DNA of 64,000 nucleotides, taken from assembly GCA_965238005.1 (NCBI GenBank), contig OZ250165.1:2112001-2176000 (forward strand), read 5' to 3'. Positions within the stretch are counted from its first letter, which is position 1; each line of letters starts with the position of its first letter. Shown here one piece after another: positions 40,593-51,717 of this stretch. Source of the stretch: Longimicrobiales bacterium. GTDB taxonomy: Bacteria > Gemmatimonadota > Gemmatimonadetes > Longimicrobiales > Gaopeijiaceae. Below the pieces are notes generated by a model. The model searched no databases, was not told the origin of the DNA, and worked only from the letters and a program-made list of their open reading frames with translations. Position numbers and translations under genes: made by a program.

Positions 40593-41176
40593 GGGCCTCC
40601 TCCCTCACGGTCCGCTACCACATAGGTCTGGATGCGGAAGGTGACCTGAACGGGTGATGTGTAATCGCTGGCCCCTCTCGCGTCGGCAAACTGCTCGAGC
40701 TGCAAGTCGATCGGAGTGATGATGCGCGGAAGCGAGGCGATTCGCGTGAGGAATCGGCCCACGTCGTGGTATTCGCCCAAGACCCGGATCTCGAAGGTCT
40801 CCTTCGTATAGAAGGCGCCGGGCTCGCTCGCCTCGGGCCGCATGAGGTCCAGATCGATCCCCACTTCCCGGGATACACGCGTCATCTCCGCGAGAAGAGC
40901 CGCGACCTCTTCGGACTCGGGGATGAGCTGCTCGAGCTGTAGGATGTGACGCTCGTAGACGGCCATGCGCTCCTCGAGGTCGCGTGCTCCGCTGATGGCC
41001 AGGGTCTGGGCCACCCGATTCTGGGTTTCGAGGTTCTCTAGACGGTCCTGCTGAGCGACCAGAGCCTCCTTGGCTCCGCTGTACCACATGCTGTTGGCGA
41101 AGTACAGACCCACAAGGCAGAAAACGATCCCCGCGAGGGCGTTCTTCTGTTTCGAATCGTCAGGAATCAGAGCCAT
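40589..41176 (-). CDS. pilO: Type IV pilus assembly protein PilO
   Basis: TM segment plus coiled coil; LIPESEEV and GEYHDVGRFL...LPRII motifs. Confidence 0.88.
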   Translation of the reverse strand: MALIPDDSKQKNALAGIVFCLVGLYFANSMWYSGAKEALVAQQDRLENLETQNRVAQTLAISGARDLEERMAVYERHILQLEQLIPESEEVAALLAEMTRVSREVGIDLDLMRPEASEPGAFYTKETFEIRVLGEYHDVGRFLTRIASLPRIITPIDLQLEQFADARGASDYTSPVQVTFRIQTYVVADREGGGP

Positions 41177-41184
41177 GTCGTCCC

Positions 41185-41844
41185 CTACCGGCTACCGGCC
41201 AAGGGATCAGGTCCGAAGAGCGGGACCGTCTCCAGAAGCTCTTTCGGTGGAACCTCGTATGCCGCGTCCAACTGGAAGACGTAGACGAGCTCACCGGTGG
41301 GCTCGAGCACCTGTTCGGTCTGCACCAGGTTCACGCTCCTGATGAAGGGAGACGCCTCGAGGGCTTCCCAGAACGAAGTCAAAGCGAAGTTGTTGCCGGC
41401 CTTCCCGTGTACCTGGAACTCGATGACGTCTCCGGCGGTCACCTGGAGGATCTGCGTGAGCCACGTGTAGTCCGGCAGGGCCCTCGCCACCTCGTCCAGT
41501 ACGTGGGGCCAGACATAGCGTCCTTCATCGATTTCCTGGATGATGTCCACCTTCTGGCCGATGGAGTCCCGCCGGGCGGTCAGCTGTTCGTTTCGCTGAA
41601 TCAGGTCGGCGTAATTGGCCGAATCCTGAACCGCGTCAGCCAACGCCACCTGGACGTCCTCCTGAGCCGACGACAAACCGAGGTACCCCCATCCGAGCAG
41701 GCCGAGCGTACCCACCGCGGATACGATGGCCCCGATGATGTAGGGATCCGCCGGGATGGCCGGGATGCTTGGTAGGGAAAACCCACCACCACCCCTCTTG
41801 GCGGCGCGCCTCTTCCCTCCTGGAAGGAGATTGACCTCGATCAA
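41185..41844 (-). CDS. pilN: Type IV pilus assembly protein PilN
   Basis: N-terminal IEVNLLP; LPDYTWLT and LEASPF motifs. Confidence 0.9.
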   Translation of the reverse strand: MIEVNLLPGGKRRAAKRGGGGFSLPSIPAIPADPYIIGAIVSAVGTLGLLGWGYLGLSSAQEDVQVALADAVQDSANYADLIQRNEQLTARRDSIGQKVDIIQEIDEGRYVWPHVLDEVARALPDYTWLTQILQVTAGDVIEFQVHGKAGNNFALTSFWEALEASPFIRSVNLVQTEQVLEPTGELVYVFQLDAAYEVPPKELLETVPLFGPDPLAGSR

Positions 41845-41863
41845 GGGTCGTTCCTCGTCCTCG

Positions 41864-42790
41864 TTAGGTCGACCGCAGAGCCAGGCCCAGTGGAAGGAGC
41901 AGCATCGGCGCCGCCTCCTCCAACAGGACGGTCTCCGAGGCCGCCGGCTGGACCGGCACCTGTTCGAACGGGTTCACCACATCGGCTTCCAGATTCATGC
42001 GCCTGCTCAATGAATCAGTCATGCCAGGGATCCGCGCCCCGCCACCACTGAGGTAGATGCGTCCCAGGCCGCCGCCGTCCTGCCGGGTCAACAGGAACGC
42101 CGACGCCCGCTCGATCCCGACTGCGACCTCATCGGCGCTTGATTCCACCAGCGCATACAGATCCGCCAGTTCCTCCCTGCCCTGGACGACGTCCTCGGCC
42201 TGCTCGGCCGTGAGGCCCTTCTCTCTCTGAAGGTCCTCCCGGACCCGTCTCGAGCCGAAGGGGATGTCCCGCGTCAGGATGGGGTTGCCGTCTTCCAGGA
42301 CGTTTACGTTGGTCGTCTCGTGGCCGACGTTCACGAGCGCCACGATGCCCTCCATGGCCTCCGGATAGTTGTGCTCGAAGGCGTTGTGAAGCGCGAAAGC
42401 ATCCACGTCGATGACGACGGGAGACAGCCCGGCGTCCAGGAGGAGGCTCACCTTGTTGTCGACGAGCTCGCGCTTGGCAGCCACCAAGAGGACCTCCATG
42501 TGAAGGCCCTCATCGAACGGATTCAGGATCTGGAAGTCCAACTCCACGCTCTTGATGTCGAACGGGACGTGCTGCTCGGCCTCCCAGCGAATGACCTCCC
42601 TGGCATCGGATTCCTTCATCCGATCCATCTCGATCTTCTTGATGATCACGTCGTGGCCCCCCACCGCCGTGATCACTTCCTTGGTCTTGAGGCCAATTTC
42701 CTGGAAAAGACCGCGGACGGTATCGGCTACTAGGCCCGGGTCCATGATCTCGCCTTCCACGATGGCGTCGGCCACGAGCGGACGCATGGC
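41864..42790 (-). pseudogene. pilM: PilM truncated at its 5' end by IS481
   Basis: WEAEQHVPF, VLLVAA and LSGGGA motifs present; the N-terminal GLDIG phosphate motif is absent and is replaced by IS end sequence. Confidence 0.85.
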
Positions 42791-44273
42791 TGAGCGGTAC
42801 CCCTGATGGGTAACAGTTACACACCCCTGATGGGTGACAGTTCTTGTCAGGTAAGCTGCTGTTTTTTTTGTTACCTCCACCGGTGGAGTCAGAAGCTTCC
42901 GCTGCGCCGGAGCGCAGGGGAGTAGAAGCGAGCGGAGTTCCACGAAGGTAGCGGTTCGCGTCGACGTCTGAGGGGCTGGGCAGTTCACGCGGCCTCAGCG
43001 TCGTGGATTACGGGACGAGGAGCCATCGTGATCGAGGATGGCAGCTTTTCGGACGTGAAGCCAACCGAGGGCGACGGGACCGAAGTAGACAGCCCAGACA
43101 TCGTCGGCGACCTCCTCGAGGCCAATGTATTCGCCGCCGAGCAGATGAGAGACGTTGGCCCAGGCGGAGTGCCATCGGATGCCGCCGTTGATGGAGACCT
43201 TACGGGTCTCGAAGTGGGCGGGGTAGTCGGGGGTCAAGAGCTTGCTGGGGAAGGGACGGGTTGAGGGCTCGTAGACGGAGGCGGGCGGCCTCTGGCCGTG
43301 GGCCTCGTGGGGCCGGATCTCGTTGAAATCAATGCGGAAGGCATTGAAGCGTTTCTGCTGAGCGGATCGGTTTCCGGCGGGCGGGATGGTGGCCTCAGCC
43401 TTGAGGTCTTTGTGCATGCGTTCGTGGCGGCCGTTCTGCTGGGGAGATGCGGGCTCGATGAGATCGGGCAGGATGCCGAGCTTGATCCACCAGACGGAGA
43501 GCCTGGAGAGGCGCCCTAAGGCTATGGAGGCAAAGGGAGTACCGTTGTCGGTACGGATGCGGTCGGGGATCCCGAACTCGTGGAAGAGGCGGGTGAAAAC
43601 ACGTCTGGAACCGGCGTAGGTGGTCCCTGAGAGGCCCTGACAAGCGAGCAGGTAGCGGCTGAAGCCATCCTGGACGGTGAGCGGGTAGCAGTAGACGCCG
43701 TCGAGGGTCTTGAACTGCCCCTTGAAGTCGGCGGACCAGATGGAGTTGGGCGCATCGAAGGGCGCGGTGGGTCGACCGGGATGAGAGGATTTACGTCGGC
43801 GCCGCAGCTTGTTGACCAGGCCCTCGCGCAGGAAGTGTCTGTGCAGGACCTGGGGCGCGGGTAGCGACCAGTCGGGGTGCACCTCGAGGAGGCGGCCTAG
43901 GATCTTGGCAGCTCCCCACCGGGGTCGACGACGGCGGAGCTCGAAGGCAGCCTCGAGGATGTGGGGCTCAGTAGCGTGGGGACAGCAATGGGGCCGATGG
44001 GAGCGGTCGAGCAGCCCGTCGGGTCCTTGGGTCTCGTATCGTTCGAGCCACTTGTAGCCCGTCTTGCGGCTGATGTTGTAGCGTCGGCAGAGTTCGGAGT
44101 GGGAGAAGAGGCTCGCGGTGGCCTCGAGGATGAATCGCTTGCGTTCGTTCATGGGATCGGTCTCCAACCATGGCATGGGCAGCTCCAAGAGCGTGTCGAA
44201 GGAGCGCCACGTTACGGGTCGAGACTGTCACCCATCAGGGGTGAGAAAAGCGTTACCTATCAGTGGTGAGCGT
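42791..44273 (-). mobile_element. IS481-family insertion sequence (ends approximate)
   Basis: Repeated CCCCTGATGGGT(A/G)ACAG at 42800-42842, inverted copies at 44224-44265; transposase between them. Confidence 0.85.
42995..44188 (-). CDS. IS481-family transposase
   Basis: ISRKTGYKW HTH; WSADFKG, RTDNG, PQQNGRHER and RPHEA motifs. Confidence 0.92.
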   Translation of the reverse strand: MELPMPWLETDPMNERKRFILEATASLFSHSELCRRYNISRKTGYKWLERYETQGPDGLLDRSHRPHCCPHATEPHILEAAFELRRRRPRWGAAKILGRLLEVHPDWSLPAPQVLHRHFLREGLVNKLRRRRKSSHPGRPTAPFDAPNSIWSADFKGQFKTLDGVYCYPLTVQDGFSRYLLACQGLSGTTYAGSRRVFTRLFHEFGIPDRIRTDNGTPFASIALGRLSRLSVWWIKLGILPDLIEPASPQQNGRHERMHKDLKAEATIPPAGNRSAQQKRFNAFRIDFNEIRPHEAHGQRPPASVYEPSTRPFPSKLLTPDYPAHFETRKVSINGGIRWHSAWANVSHLLGGEYIGLEEVADDVWAVYFGPVALGWLHVRKAAILDHDGSSSRNPRR

Positions 44274-44492
44274 AGGCTGTACCCCCTGAACTTCTAACCC
44301 GCGGTTGCCGGCCGACCGACCGGGTAGGGTCCCCGGCGGGAGGTGGGGCGGGTCAGATCTTCTTGAGAATCCAGCTCAGCACTACCCGAGCGATCCTCCG
44401 GAGGATGGTCAGCATGCCGTCGTCCGGCTCCGATAAGGTTCTCGTGCGCACAGTTGGACCACCCGAGTGGGCAAAAAGTTGCTCTCGGGCGG

Positions 44493-45729
44493 TCAACTCG
44501 TGGCGTCATCACCCGGCACGCAATCCATGGCGGCGTTCCGTTCCACGACCACCGTGTACGCACCTTTCTCGTCGACTCGAATCTCGATGTCGCCGTGAAC
44601 GTTGGTACAGTAGGTCTCGCTATCGGCCCGCGCCAAGAGAACGTCCAACGCCCGAATCCTGGGGTGACTCTTCCCGTTGGCACTGATGATCTGCAGCCTG
44701 GGGCTAGAGTGGCTCAGCCAACTCGACGTGCCCGACGAGCCGCTGTCGAACACCGCGTCGTTGGCGCCGTGATGACCCACCTTCAGGGCGACGACTCCCT
44801 GGGTCAGGTCGGCGAATTGGTTCCGCCAACGCAGGTTGGCTTCGACCTCTCCGTCTCCGGCGAAGAACATCGTGAACCCAGCCCTGGTCAGAGCGGTGCC
44901 GAGAGAGCCGTCGTTCAGCTCGCTGCCGCCTGCATCCGGGTCCGCCAGGCCGGCGGTCCGCGGCGGAATGATCCGCAGGTTGGAGGCGCCCGAGAACCCC
45001 AGGGCGATGTCGACTATCTCGGACGGGACCGTCACCTGGCCGGCTCGGGACGCCGCCAGCGAGAGCAGCTCGTTGTAGCGCGAGAAGCTCCTGACCTGGC
45101 CGTTGTTATAGAACGTACGGACGTGGGCCTCCCTGAGGATGTCCGGCATGCCGTCGAAGTGATCGGTGTGGGCGTGCGTCAGGAGCAATGCCTCGAGCGT
45201 GTCGACTCCCAGCGCGGCCAGCCTCTCCTGAACGAAGTCCAGGTCGGTGCCGCCCACCCCGCCGGGTCCGGCGTCGATCATCATGTGCCGCTGTCCAGCG
45301 GCCGTGGAGTCGGACAGGAGAATGGCGTCCCCGCCTCCACCCGCACTGTTGTCGCCGAGGTCGAAAACCCGGATGACGAGGACGCTTCCTCCGGCGAGTC
45401 GGATCTCGAAGCTCACCACCGACTGGGAGGTCGATACTCCGTTCTGGGCAACCACCCGTAGGACGTAGCTCCCTGGGTCGGATACGGTGCTCCCCGAAAA
45501 GAAGGAGATCCCGTTCAGGGTCGCCGCATAGGTCCCCACGCTCACCGAGATAGTGATCGAAACCGGCCCCTCGACAACGGCCCCGTCCGACACCCCCTGA
45601 ACGGTGATCACAGGCGCCTGCGGTTCCGGTGCGGTGCCGTCGCTCCCGCCGCACCCGGCGGCTAACGCCGCGGCCATCATCAAGGCGACGTGGCCCTGCG
45701 ATGTCGAGTTGGGAGTGCGTGCGAACATG
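44493..45729 (-). CDS. ComEC/Rec2-like metallo-beta-lactamase-fold hydrolase lipoprotein with an N-terminal Ig-like module
   Basis: Lipobox LAAGC; THAHTDH, FAGD, LKVGHHG, IISA and HP motifs; start uncertain. Confidence 0.8.
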
Positions 45730-45909
45730 ACCGATGGAGGTGCTCGTCTCGCGCCGGAGGTCCCCCCGCGCACGAAAGAGGAAGGTAGGACCGGGGCCGG
45801 AGTGCGCCTAGACGTAACAGCTTCGCAACCCCGGTTGCTCTTCCACCGACCCCGCCCCACATTGGGATTCCGTCTCTCGTCCAACCTCCGAGTACCTTAG
45901 GAGCGCCGC

Positions 45910-48345
45910 ATGAGACCTCCCTTCTCGCGGACTCTGTTCCTCGGCGCCCTTCTCGCCGTCACCGGCTGCGATCAGGAGATGATCAGCCTCGACAGCGGGA
46001 CCACCTCCAGCCTCACGGTTCGGGCATACGTGGACGCCAACGGCAACGGTACCTACGACGCAGGCACGGACGAGGGGGTGGCGTCGGCCACCATCACGGC
46101 CGCCGGCCCAGGCGGCGCCACCACCGCCACCACCGGCGCGGACGGCGTGGCCACTTTCCCGGCACTGACGCCCGGAGGCTACGAGCTCTCCATCGCGGGA
46201 GCGGCTCCCACGGGCACTGTTCTGGCGACCGCAACGACGCCGGTGGTGGCGGCGCCCTTCCGTGGCGTCGCTCTGACCGCCGAGTTCCGGTACTCCTTGC
46301 TCGCGGGCAGCATTTCGGGACGGCTGTACCGCGACGACAACGAGAGCGGAGAGTACGAGGCCGAGGCGGATCTGCCGGCGGCGGGCATCGAGTTGATGCT
46401 CTTCGAGGGAGCCGTCGCCCCCGAGGCCCCTCCTGAGAGCGCCGCCCAAGGCGTCGCCATCCGTACGACGACCACCGATGCAGACGGTACATTCTCGTTC
46501 GATATCCTTCGTCCGGGGACGTACACGCTGCAGGTCAATCCTCTCGAGACGATGGATATCGTCGGGGGCGCGACTCAGGTCGTGACGGTCGGTGCGGGGG
46601 TCGAGGTCTCCTTGGGCGTCGTGTTCGAAGGGACACTGCTGATCTCGGTGGCCGACGCGCGGAATGCGCCGGAGGGCCAGACGGTGACCATCCAGGGCAT
46701 CGTGACCTGGCACCCCACCTTCGACAATCGGACCTACTTCCTCCAGGACGAGACCGGAGGCCTCTCCACCTTCGACTTCAACCGCCCGGACATAGAGATC
46801 GGCGACCGTATCCAGATCACGGGTACGCGAGGCGCGTTCCGCGGTGAGGTACAGGTGTCACCGATCCTGACCCTCGAAAACCTGGGCATCGCCGGCGAGC
46901 CGGACCCGAGGCAGGTCACGGGCATGGAGACCAACGACGGCACGGTGGCCGGGCAGCTCGTCACCATCGACGCTACGGTGCAGAGCGTGGAGGTGCAAAG
47001 CTTCGGGACCCAGAGGATCATCCTCCGAGACGGCACCGGCACCGACTTCCCCGTCCGCGCCGACAACCGGACCGGCGTGACCGAAGACCTGTGGACGGTG
47101 GGCGAGGTCTTCGGCGTCACGGGAGTCGTCGGAACGGACGACCGTGACGACCTGGCGCACCGCATCGAGGTGCGCAGCCCTGCGGATCTGGCCGAGGGAG
47201 GCTCGGTGGTACCCATCGCCGACGCCAGGGCCATGGTCGGCGAGACGGTGGTCGTCCAGGGCGTCATCACGTGGCAGAATCAGTGGGACGACCGGATCTT
47301 CTTCTTCCAGGACGCCACCGGCGGGCTCAGCTCCTTCTTCTCCGGAGCGCCCACCTTGCAGCGTGGCGACATCGTTCGGATCCAGGGGGGTATCAGCGCC
47401 TTCCGGGGTGAGACTCAGATCTCGCCCAGCAGCCTTCAGGTTCTGGGTAACGTGGCCGTTCCCGCTCCGCGAGGCGTCACCGCCGCGCAGATCAACGCGG
47501 GTACGGCGCAGGGTGAGCTGGTGACCATCACCGGCATCCTCCAGACGGTCGAAGAGGTGTCGTTCGGAAGCCAGAACGTCACCATTCGAGATGGAGCGGG
47601 CACCGACTTCAGCGTGTTCGTCGACAACCGCACAGGGGTGAGCACCGCCGACTGGCCGGCGGTGGGCTCGACCGTGCGGGTGACGGGCGTGCTGGGAACC
47701 GACGATCGCAATGACCCGGCGCCGCGCATCGAGCTCCGAGACATCAACGACCTTGTGGTAGGGACGGCCGGACAGCTTTCCATCGCGGAGGCCCGGGCCA
47801 TGGACGGCGCCACGGTCATTCTGGAAGGGGTGGTGACCTGGCAGACCGAGTGGGACGGGCGAATCTACTTCTTCCAGGACGCCACCGCAGGGATCAGCAC
47901 CTTCCACAGCGGCGCGCCCGACCTCAACGAGGGAGACCGTGTTCGGGTCACGGGCGAGGTGTCGACCTTCAGGGGCGAGACCCAGATCGGCTCCATCACC
48001 GACCTCACCGTCCTTGGCAACGAAGCCGTTCCGACACCGCGCCCCGTGACCGGAGAGCAGATCAACCACGGCCTTTTCCAGGGCGAGCTGGTGGTCGCCA
48101 GCGGTACGCTCTTGACCGTGACGGAGCTGAGTTTCGGCACCCAGAGCGTCGCCGTCCAGGACACAGGCGGCACGTCGTTCGTCGTCTACGTGGACAACCG
48201 GACCGGCATGAGCGCCGCCGACTGGCCGGCGTTGGGCAGCATGGTCAGGGTCATGGGCGTGCTGGGAACCGACGACCGCAACGAACCGGCGCGACTCGAG
48301 ACGAGACGCCCCGGCGACGTCACCACCATACCGGCGACGAACTAG
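45910..48345 (+). CDS. Lipoprotein with SdrD-B/Cna-like domains and three tandem double-OB-fold repeats
   Basis: Lipobox VTGC; YVDANGNG and YRDDNESG modules; 3x (IADAR...GxxTW...FFQDxTGG...GDxVxxxG...FRGETQI...DNRTG...GVLGTDDR). Confidence 0.8.
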   Translation: MRPPFSRTLFLGALLAVTGCDQEMISLDSGTTSSLTVRAYVDANGNGTYDAGTDEGVASATITAAGPGGATTATTGADGVATFPALTPGGYELSIAGAAPTGTVLATATTPVVAAPFRGVALTAEFRYSLLAGSISGRLYRDDNESGEYEAEADLPAAGIELMLFEGAVAPEAPPESAAQGVAIRTTTTDADGTFSFDILRPGTYTLQVNPLETMDIVGGATQVVTVGAGVEVSLGVVFEGTLLISVADARNAPEGQTVTIQGIVTWHPTFDNRTYFLQDETGGLSTFDFNRPDIEIGDRIQITGTRGAFRGEVQVSPILTLENLGIAGEPDPRQVTGMETNDGTVAGQLVTIDATVQSVEVQSFGTQRIILRDGTGTDFPVRADNRTGVTEDLWTVGEVFGVTGVVGTDDRDDLAHRIEVRSPADLAEGGSVVPIADARAMVGETVVVQGVITWQNQWDDRIFFFQDATGGLSSFFSGAPTLQRGDIVRIQGGISAFRGETQISPSSLQVLGNVAVPAPRGVTAAQINAGTAQGELVTITGILQTVEEVSFGSQNVTIRDGAGTDFSVFVDNRTGVSTADWPAVGSTVRVTGVLGTDDRNDPAPRIELRDINDLVVGTAGQLSIAEARAMDGATVILEGVVTWQTEWDGRIYFFQDATAGISTFHSGAPDLNEGDRVRVTGEVSTFRGETQIGSITDLTVLGNEAVPTPRPVTGEQINHGLFQGELVVASGTLLTVTELSFGTQSVAVQDTGGTSFVVYVDNRTGMSAADWPALGSMVRVMGVLGTDDRNEPARLETRRPGDVTTIPATN

Positions 48346-48347
48346 TC

Positions 48348-49403
48348 ATGATACGCGCATCAGGAGTGTCCCCAGTGGACGGAAGAACCAACACTCGCCG
48401 CTTCGCCGCCGGCGCCATGCTGTTGGCGTTGACGCTGGTCATCGCGTGCGACGACGAGCTGGCCCCACCTCTGGCCGTGGTGGGAAGCGGATCCCTTGAA
48501 GGCTTCATTTTCTTCGACGCCTCGGAGGACGGGGTCTTCGACGCCGCCGACGGCGATTATGGGATCTCGGCGTTGAACGTCGCCGTACAGGAGCGGGGAA
48601 CCGGCCAGACCTTTTCCGGCGGGTCGACTTCGACCGGAACCGACGGGCGCTTCCGCCTCGACGGGTTGCCCGGCGGAACCCACGACCTGCTCATCGACAC
48701 GCTCACCGTCCCGGAGGGCGTAAACATATGCCAGAACCCAGTCCCGGTGACAATCAACCTGGACGAGACGCGCTTCGCCGAGGTTCGGGGTCGGCCGGGA
48801 TGCCTCATCACCATCGCGGCAGCCAAGGAGCTGGCTGCGGGCACGTTCGCCATCGTGAAGGGTGTCGTCACCGCCGCGCCAGGGCAGATCGAGTCCAGCT
48901 GGACCTACATCCAGGACGCCAGCGCTGGCGCGAAGATCTTCTCGGGCGCCCTCGACGGCCAGGGACTCGAAGTGGGCGACCAGATCGAGATCGGTGGAAC
49001 CGTGGGCGACAACGCAGGAGACTTCGAGTTCACCAGTCCGGTGTTGCGAGGCGTCGTGCCCGACGTGGGCGCACCCTCACCCATGTTGGTGACGACAGCC
49101 GCCATCGCTGCGTCCGGCTCCGACTTCACCGACCCGGTCCAGGGCGCCCTGATTCGGGTCGCGGCCGCGGAGTTCACGGGCATCTTCACATCGATCGGCA
49201 ACCTGCAGAACGGACCCATCGACGACGGCAGCGGTGGCACGGTCATCCGGATCGAAGACGGGGTGGCCGATCGGAATTCGCTCAACGACCTCATGACCGT
49301 CGGGGTTTGCTACGACATCGTCGGGGTCGGCGGCACCTTCCTCGGAACGGGAGAGATCTTCCCACGGACGCTGGCCGACATCGAGGAGGTCGCATGCAAC
49401 TGA
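48348..49403 (+). CDS. Lipoprotein with SdrD-B-like and OB-fold domains
   Basis: Lipobox VIAC; FFDASEDG; TIAAAK...KGVVT...YIQDASAG...VGDQI; homologous to the upstream repeats. Confidence 0.75.
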   Translation: MIRASGVSPVDGRTNTRRFAAGAMLLALTLVIACDDELAPPLAVVGSGSLEGFIFFDASEDGVFDAADGDYGISALNVAVQERGTGQTFSGGSTSTGTDGRFRLDGLPGGTHDLLIDTLTVPEGVNICQNPVPVTINLDETRFAEVRGRPGCLITIAAAKELAAGTFAIVKGVVTAAPGQIESSWTYIQDASAGAKIFSGALDGQGLEVGDQIEIGGTVGDNAGDFEFTSPVLRGVVPDVGAPSPMLVTTAAIAASGSDFTDPVQGALIRVAAAEFTGIFTSIGNLQNGPIDDGSGGTVIRIEDGVADRNSLNDLMTVGVCYDIVGVGGTFLGTGEIFPRTLADIEEVACN

Positions 49404-51076
49404 CCAGAAAGGGCCTCCGGCCCACAGCGCGCAGCCGGTCTGAACCCGCACACGGACTGACGGCAACCATGCGCAAGACCAGCACTTTGATCCGCTTCCT
49501 CGGCCCCCTCGCCATGGTGGTTGCCGGCACGGCTCCCGTCGCGGCGCAGAACTCCACCACCACCGGCCAGATCCGTGGCGGCATCGTGAACGAAGGTGGC
49601 CAGCCCGTGGCATTGGTGGTCGTGACGGCGCGCAACACCGAGACCGGCCTCACCCGGACGGCGCTCTCCAACGCAGACGGTCGGTACACCGCCCGGCTCT
49701 TGCCTTCGGGTACCTACGAAGTGCAGACCGAGATGATCGGGTTCGGCCAGGCCACGCAGACGGTTCGAGTGGCCATAGGAACCTCGAGCCTGGCCAACTT
49801 CGGGCTCACCAGCCAGGCCATCGAGATCGAGGGGATCACGGTATCGGCGGACCGTCCCCCCATCGACGTGAGCGACGGCGGCGTCATCCAATACGTGGGC
49901 CAGCTGGAGATCCAGGAGCTCCCGGTCCTGGGGCGTGACTTCACGGACTTCATCAACCTGTCGGGCCTCGTCGCGCCCGACCCGGGAGTGACCACTGGCG
50001 GGCAGTTCTCCATCGCCGGCATGCGCTCCTCCCAGACCAGCATCCAGATCGACGGCGTGGACGCCAACAACTCGTTCTTCGGTGAGAACCGGGGTGGGTC
50101 CCGGATCCCCTTCGTCTTCTCCCTGGAATCCCTCAAGGAATTCCAGATCATCACCAACGGCTTCGACGTGGAGCACGGCCGCTTCGGAGGCGGGATCATC
50201 AACGTGATCACGCAGGGTGGAACCAACCAGTTCAAGGGGAGCGCCTACGCCAACATCCGAGACGACGCCCTGACGGGGAGTCCGTTCATCCAGGACGACA
50301 CCAACCCGGAGATCACCACGGAGTACGAGGTCCAGCAGTTCGCCGGCTCCATCAGTGGGCCGATCAAGAGGGACAAGGCGTTCTTCTTTCTGTCGGTGGA
50401 CGGTCAGCGACGCCGCGAGCCGCAGCTACCGCTGACCCAGGAGCGCTTCGGGCCCGGTGGGTCGGCCGAGGACCCGGTGGTGTTCAATGAGATTTCGGAG
50501 TACTTCGACATCCTGTCGAGCCAGTACGGCGTCTCCGATCCGGCCGCAGTATATCAGCCCTTCTCGACCACGGAGGACGCGATCACGATCTTCGGTCGGA
50601 TCGACTGGAACCTGAACGACGATCACCGGCTGTCGGTGCGGCACAACTACTCGACGTTCACCAACGACAACGAATGGAACGGGAACTTCGACTTCGCCTA
50701 CGGGATCTCCCGGGCCGAGAAGCTCGAGGACGAGTCCCATTCGTTCGTGAGCGAGCTCCAATCCGTGCTCGGAGACAACACCTTCAACGTGCTGCGGGCG
50801 CAGTACGCGAAGGAAACTCGGCCCCGTCAGGCCAACGACCTGCGGCCGGCCCTGCAGGTGAGCCTCTCGAACAACCAGCGGATCGAATACGGAGGCTCCT
50901 TCGCGGCATTCAACAACCGGTTCGAGGAGACCAAGTTCCAGGTCGTGGACAACTTCACCCACGTCCTGGGCGACCACACGTTCAAGGTGGGGGGCAACTT
51001 CCTCTATACGCAGTACCTCAATCAATCCCTCCGTTGCGAAATTCGTTCCCACCTGCGAACCGTGAAAGGCCAGTAA
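49394..51076 (+). pseudogene. TonB-dependent receptor (carboxypeptidase-regulatory N-domain, Oar-like), C-terminally truncated near 51030
   Basis: TTGQIRG, LPVLGRDF, IDGVDAN, GGGIINVIT and HTFKVG motifs; only about 545 aa, with the barrel ending abruptly at an inverted-repeat element. Confidence 0.82.
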
Positions 51077-51129
51077 TTTCGCAGCAGACGAGGTTTTCGC
51101 CACCCACAGGCCGCAAGCGGCCCCACAAC

Positions 51130-51363
51130 TCATCTGGGCATGCCGATGAGAAACATCATCCCGAGGAGAATCAACCCAAGAAAACCGGAGATCCATACAC
51201 GGAGAATCGGTATTTCGACTATACGCGTGTGTGGGTCGACCTCCCGCTTTAACACGGATCTCCAGTCGTCGATTTTCATCCCGTGTTCCGCGAGGTAAGC
51301 CAGGATACGCAGGCCGCACAGACAGCCGAGACCGACAAGAAACCACCCGATCAGCTCTCGCAT
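51130..51363 (-). CDS. Small 2-TM hypothetical membrane protein
   Basis: GGAGG RBS; two hydrophobic segments. Confidence 0.5.
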   Translation of the reverse strand: MRELIGWFLVGLGCLCGLRILAYLAEHGMKIDDWRSVLKREVDPHTRIVEIPILRVWISGFLGLILLGMMFLIGMPR

Positions 51364-51717
51364 GGGTCGGCCTCCATCGACAGCCGTGGATCGAAGTAGG
51401 AGCGAACCGTGAGGCGAGGATTGGATGGGCGCTGGATCGGTGAATCTAAACTGCTGAAACCGCCATCGATGTCCCACGAGTACATGCCCATGCGCTCAAG
51501 CTATGGGTGATGCTGAGGTTGGGCGATGGCTGGATGGGAGTGATGCGAGGCCGCTAGGTCTCCAGTTTGCCGACGATCACGACGCCTTCCACGAAGACGC
51601 GCAGCCAGGGAATCTGGTGGGTCAATTGGCACCCGTGGTCTTCTCCCCCGCCTCATGAAGCAAGTCCGCGAGAGCGTGTCGAAACGAGTGGCATCTGCGA
51701 CACGTCCCTCCCTAGCC

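Noticed and set aside
44298..44312. CGCGGTTGCCGGC partial match to the junction motif beside IS481
   Set aside because: Only 13 GC-rich bases, lacks the TGAAG core, and is not at a gene junction; could be chance.
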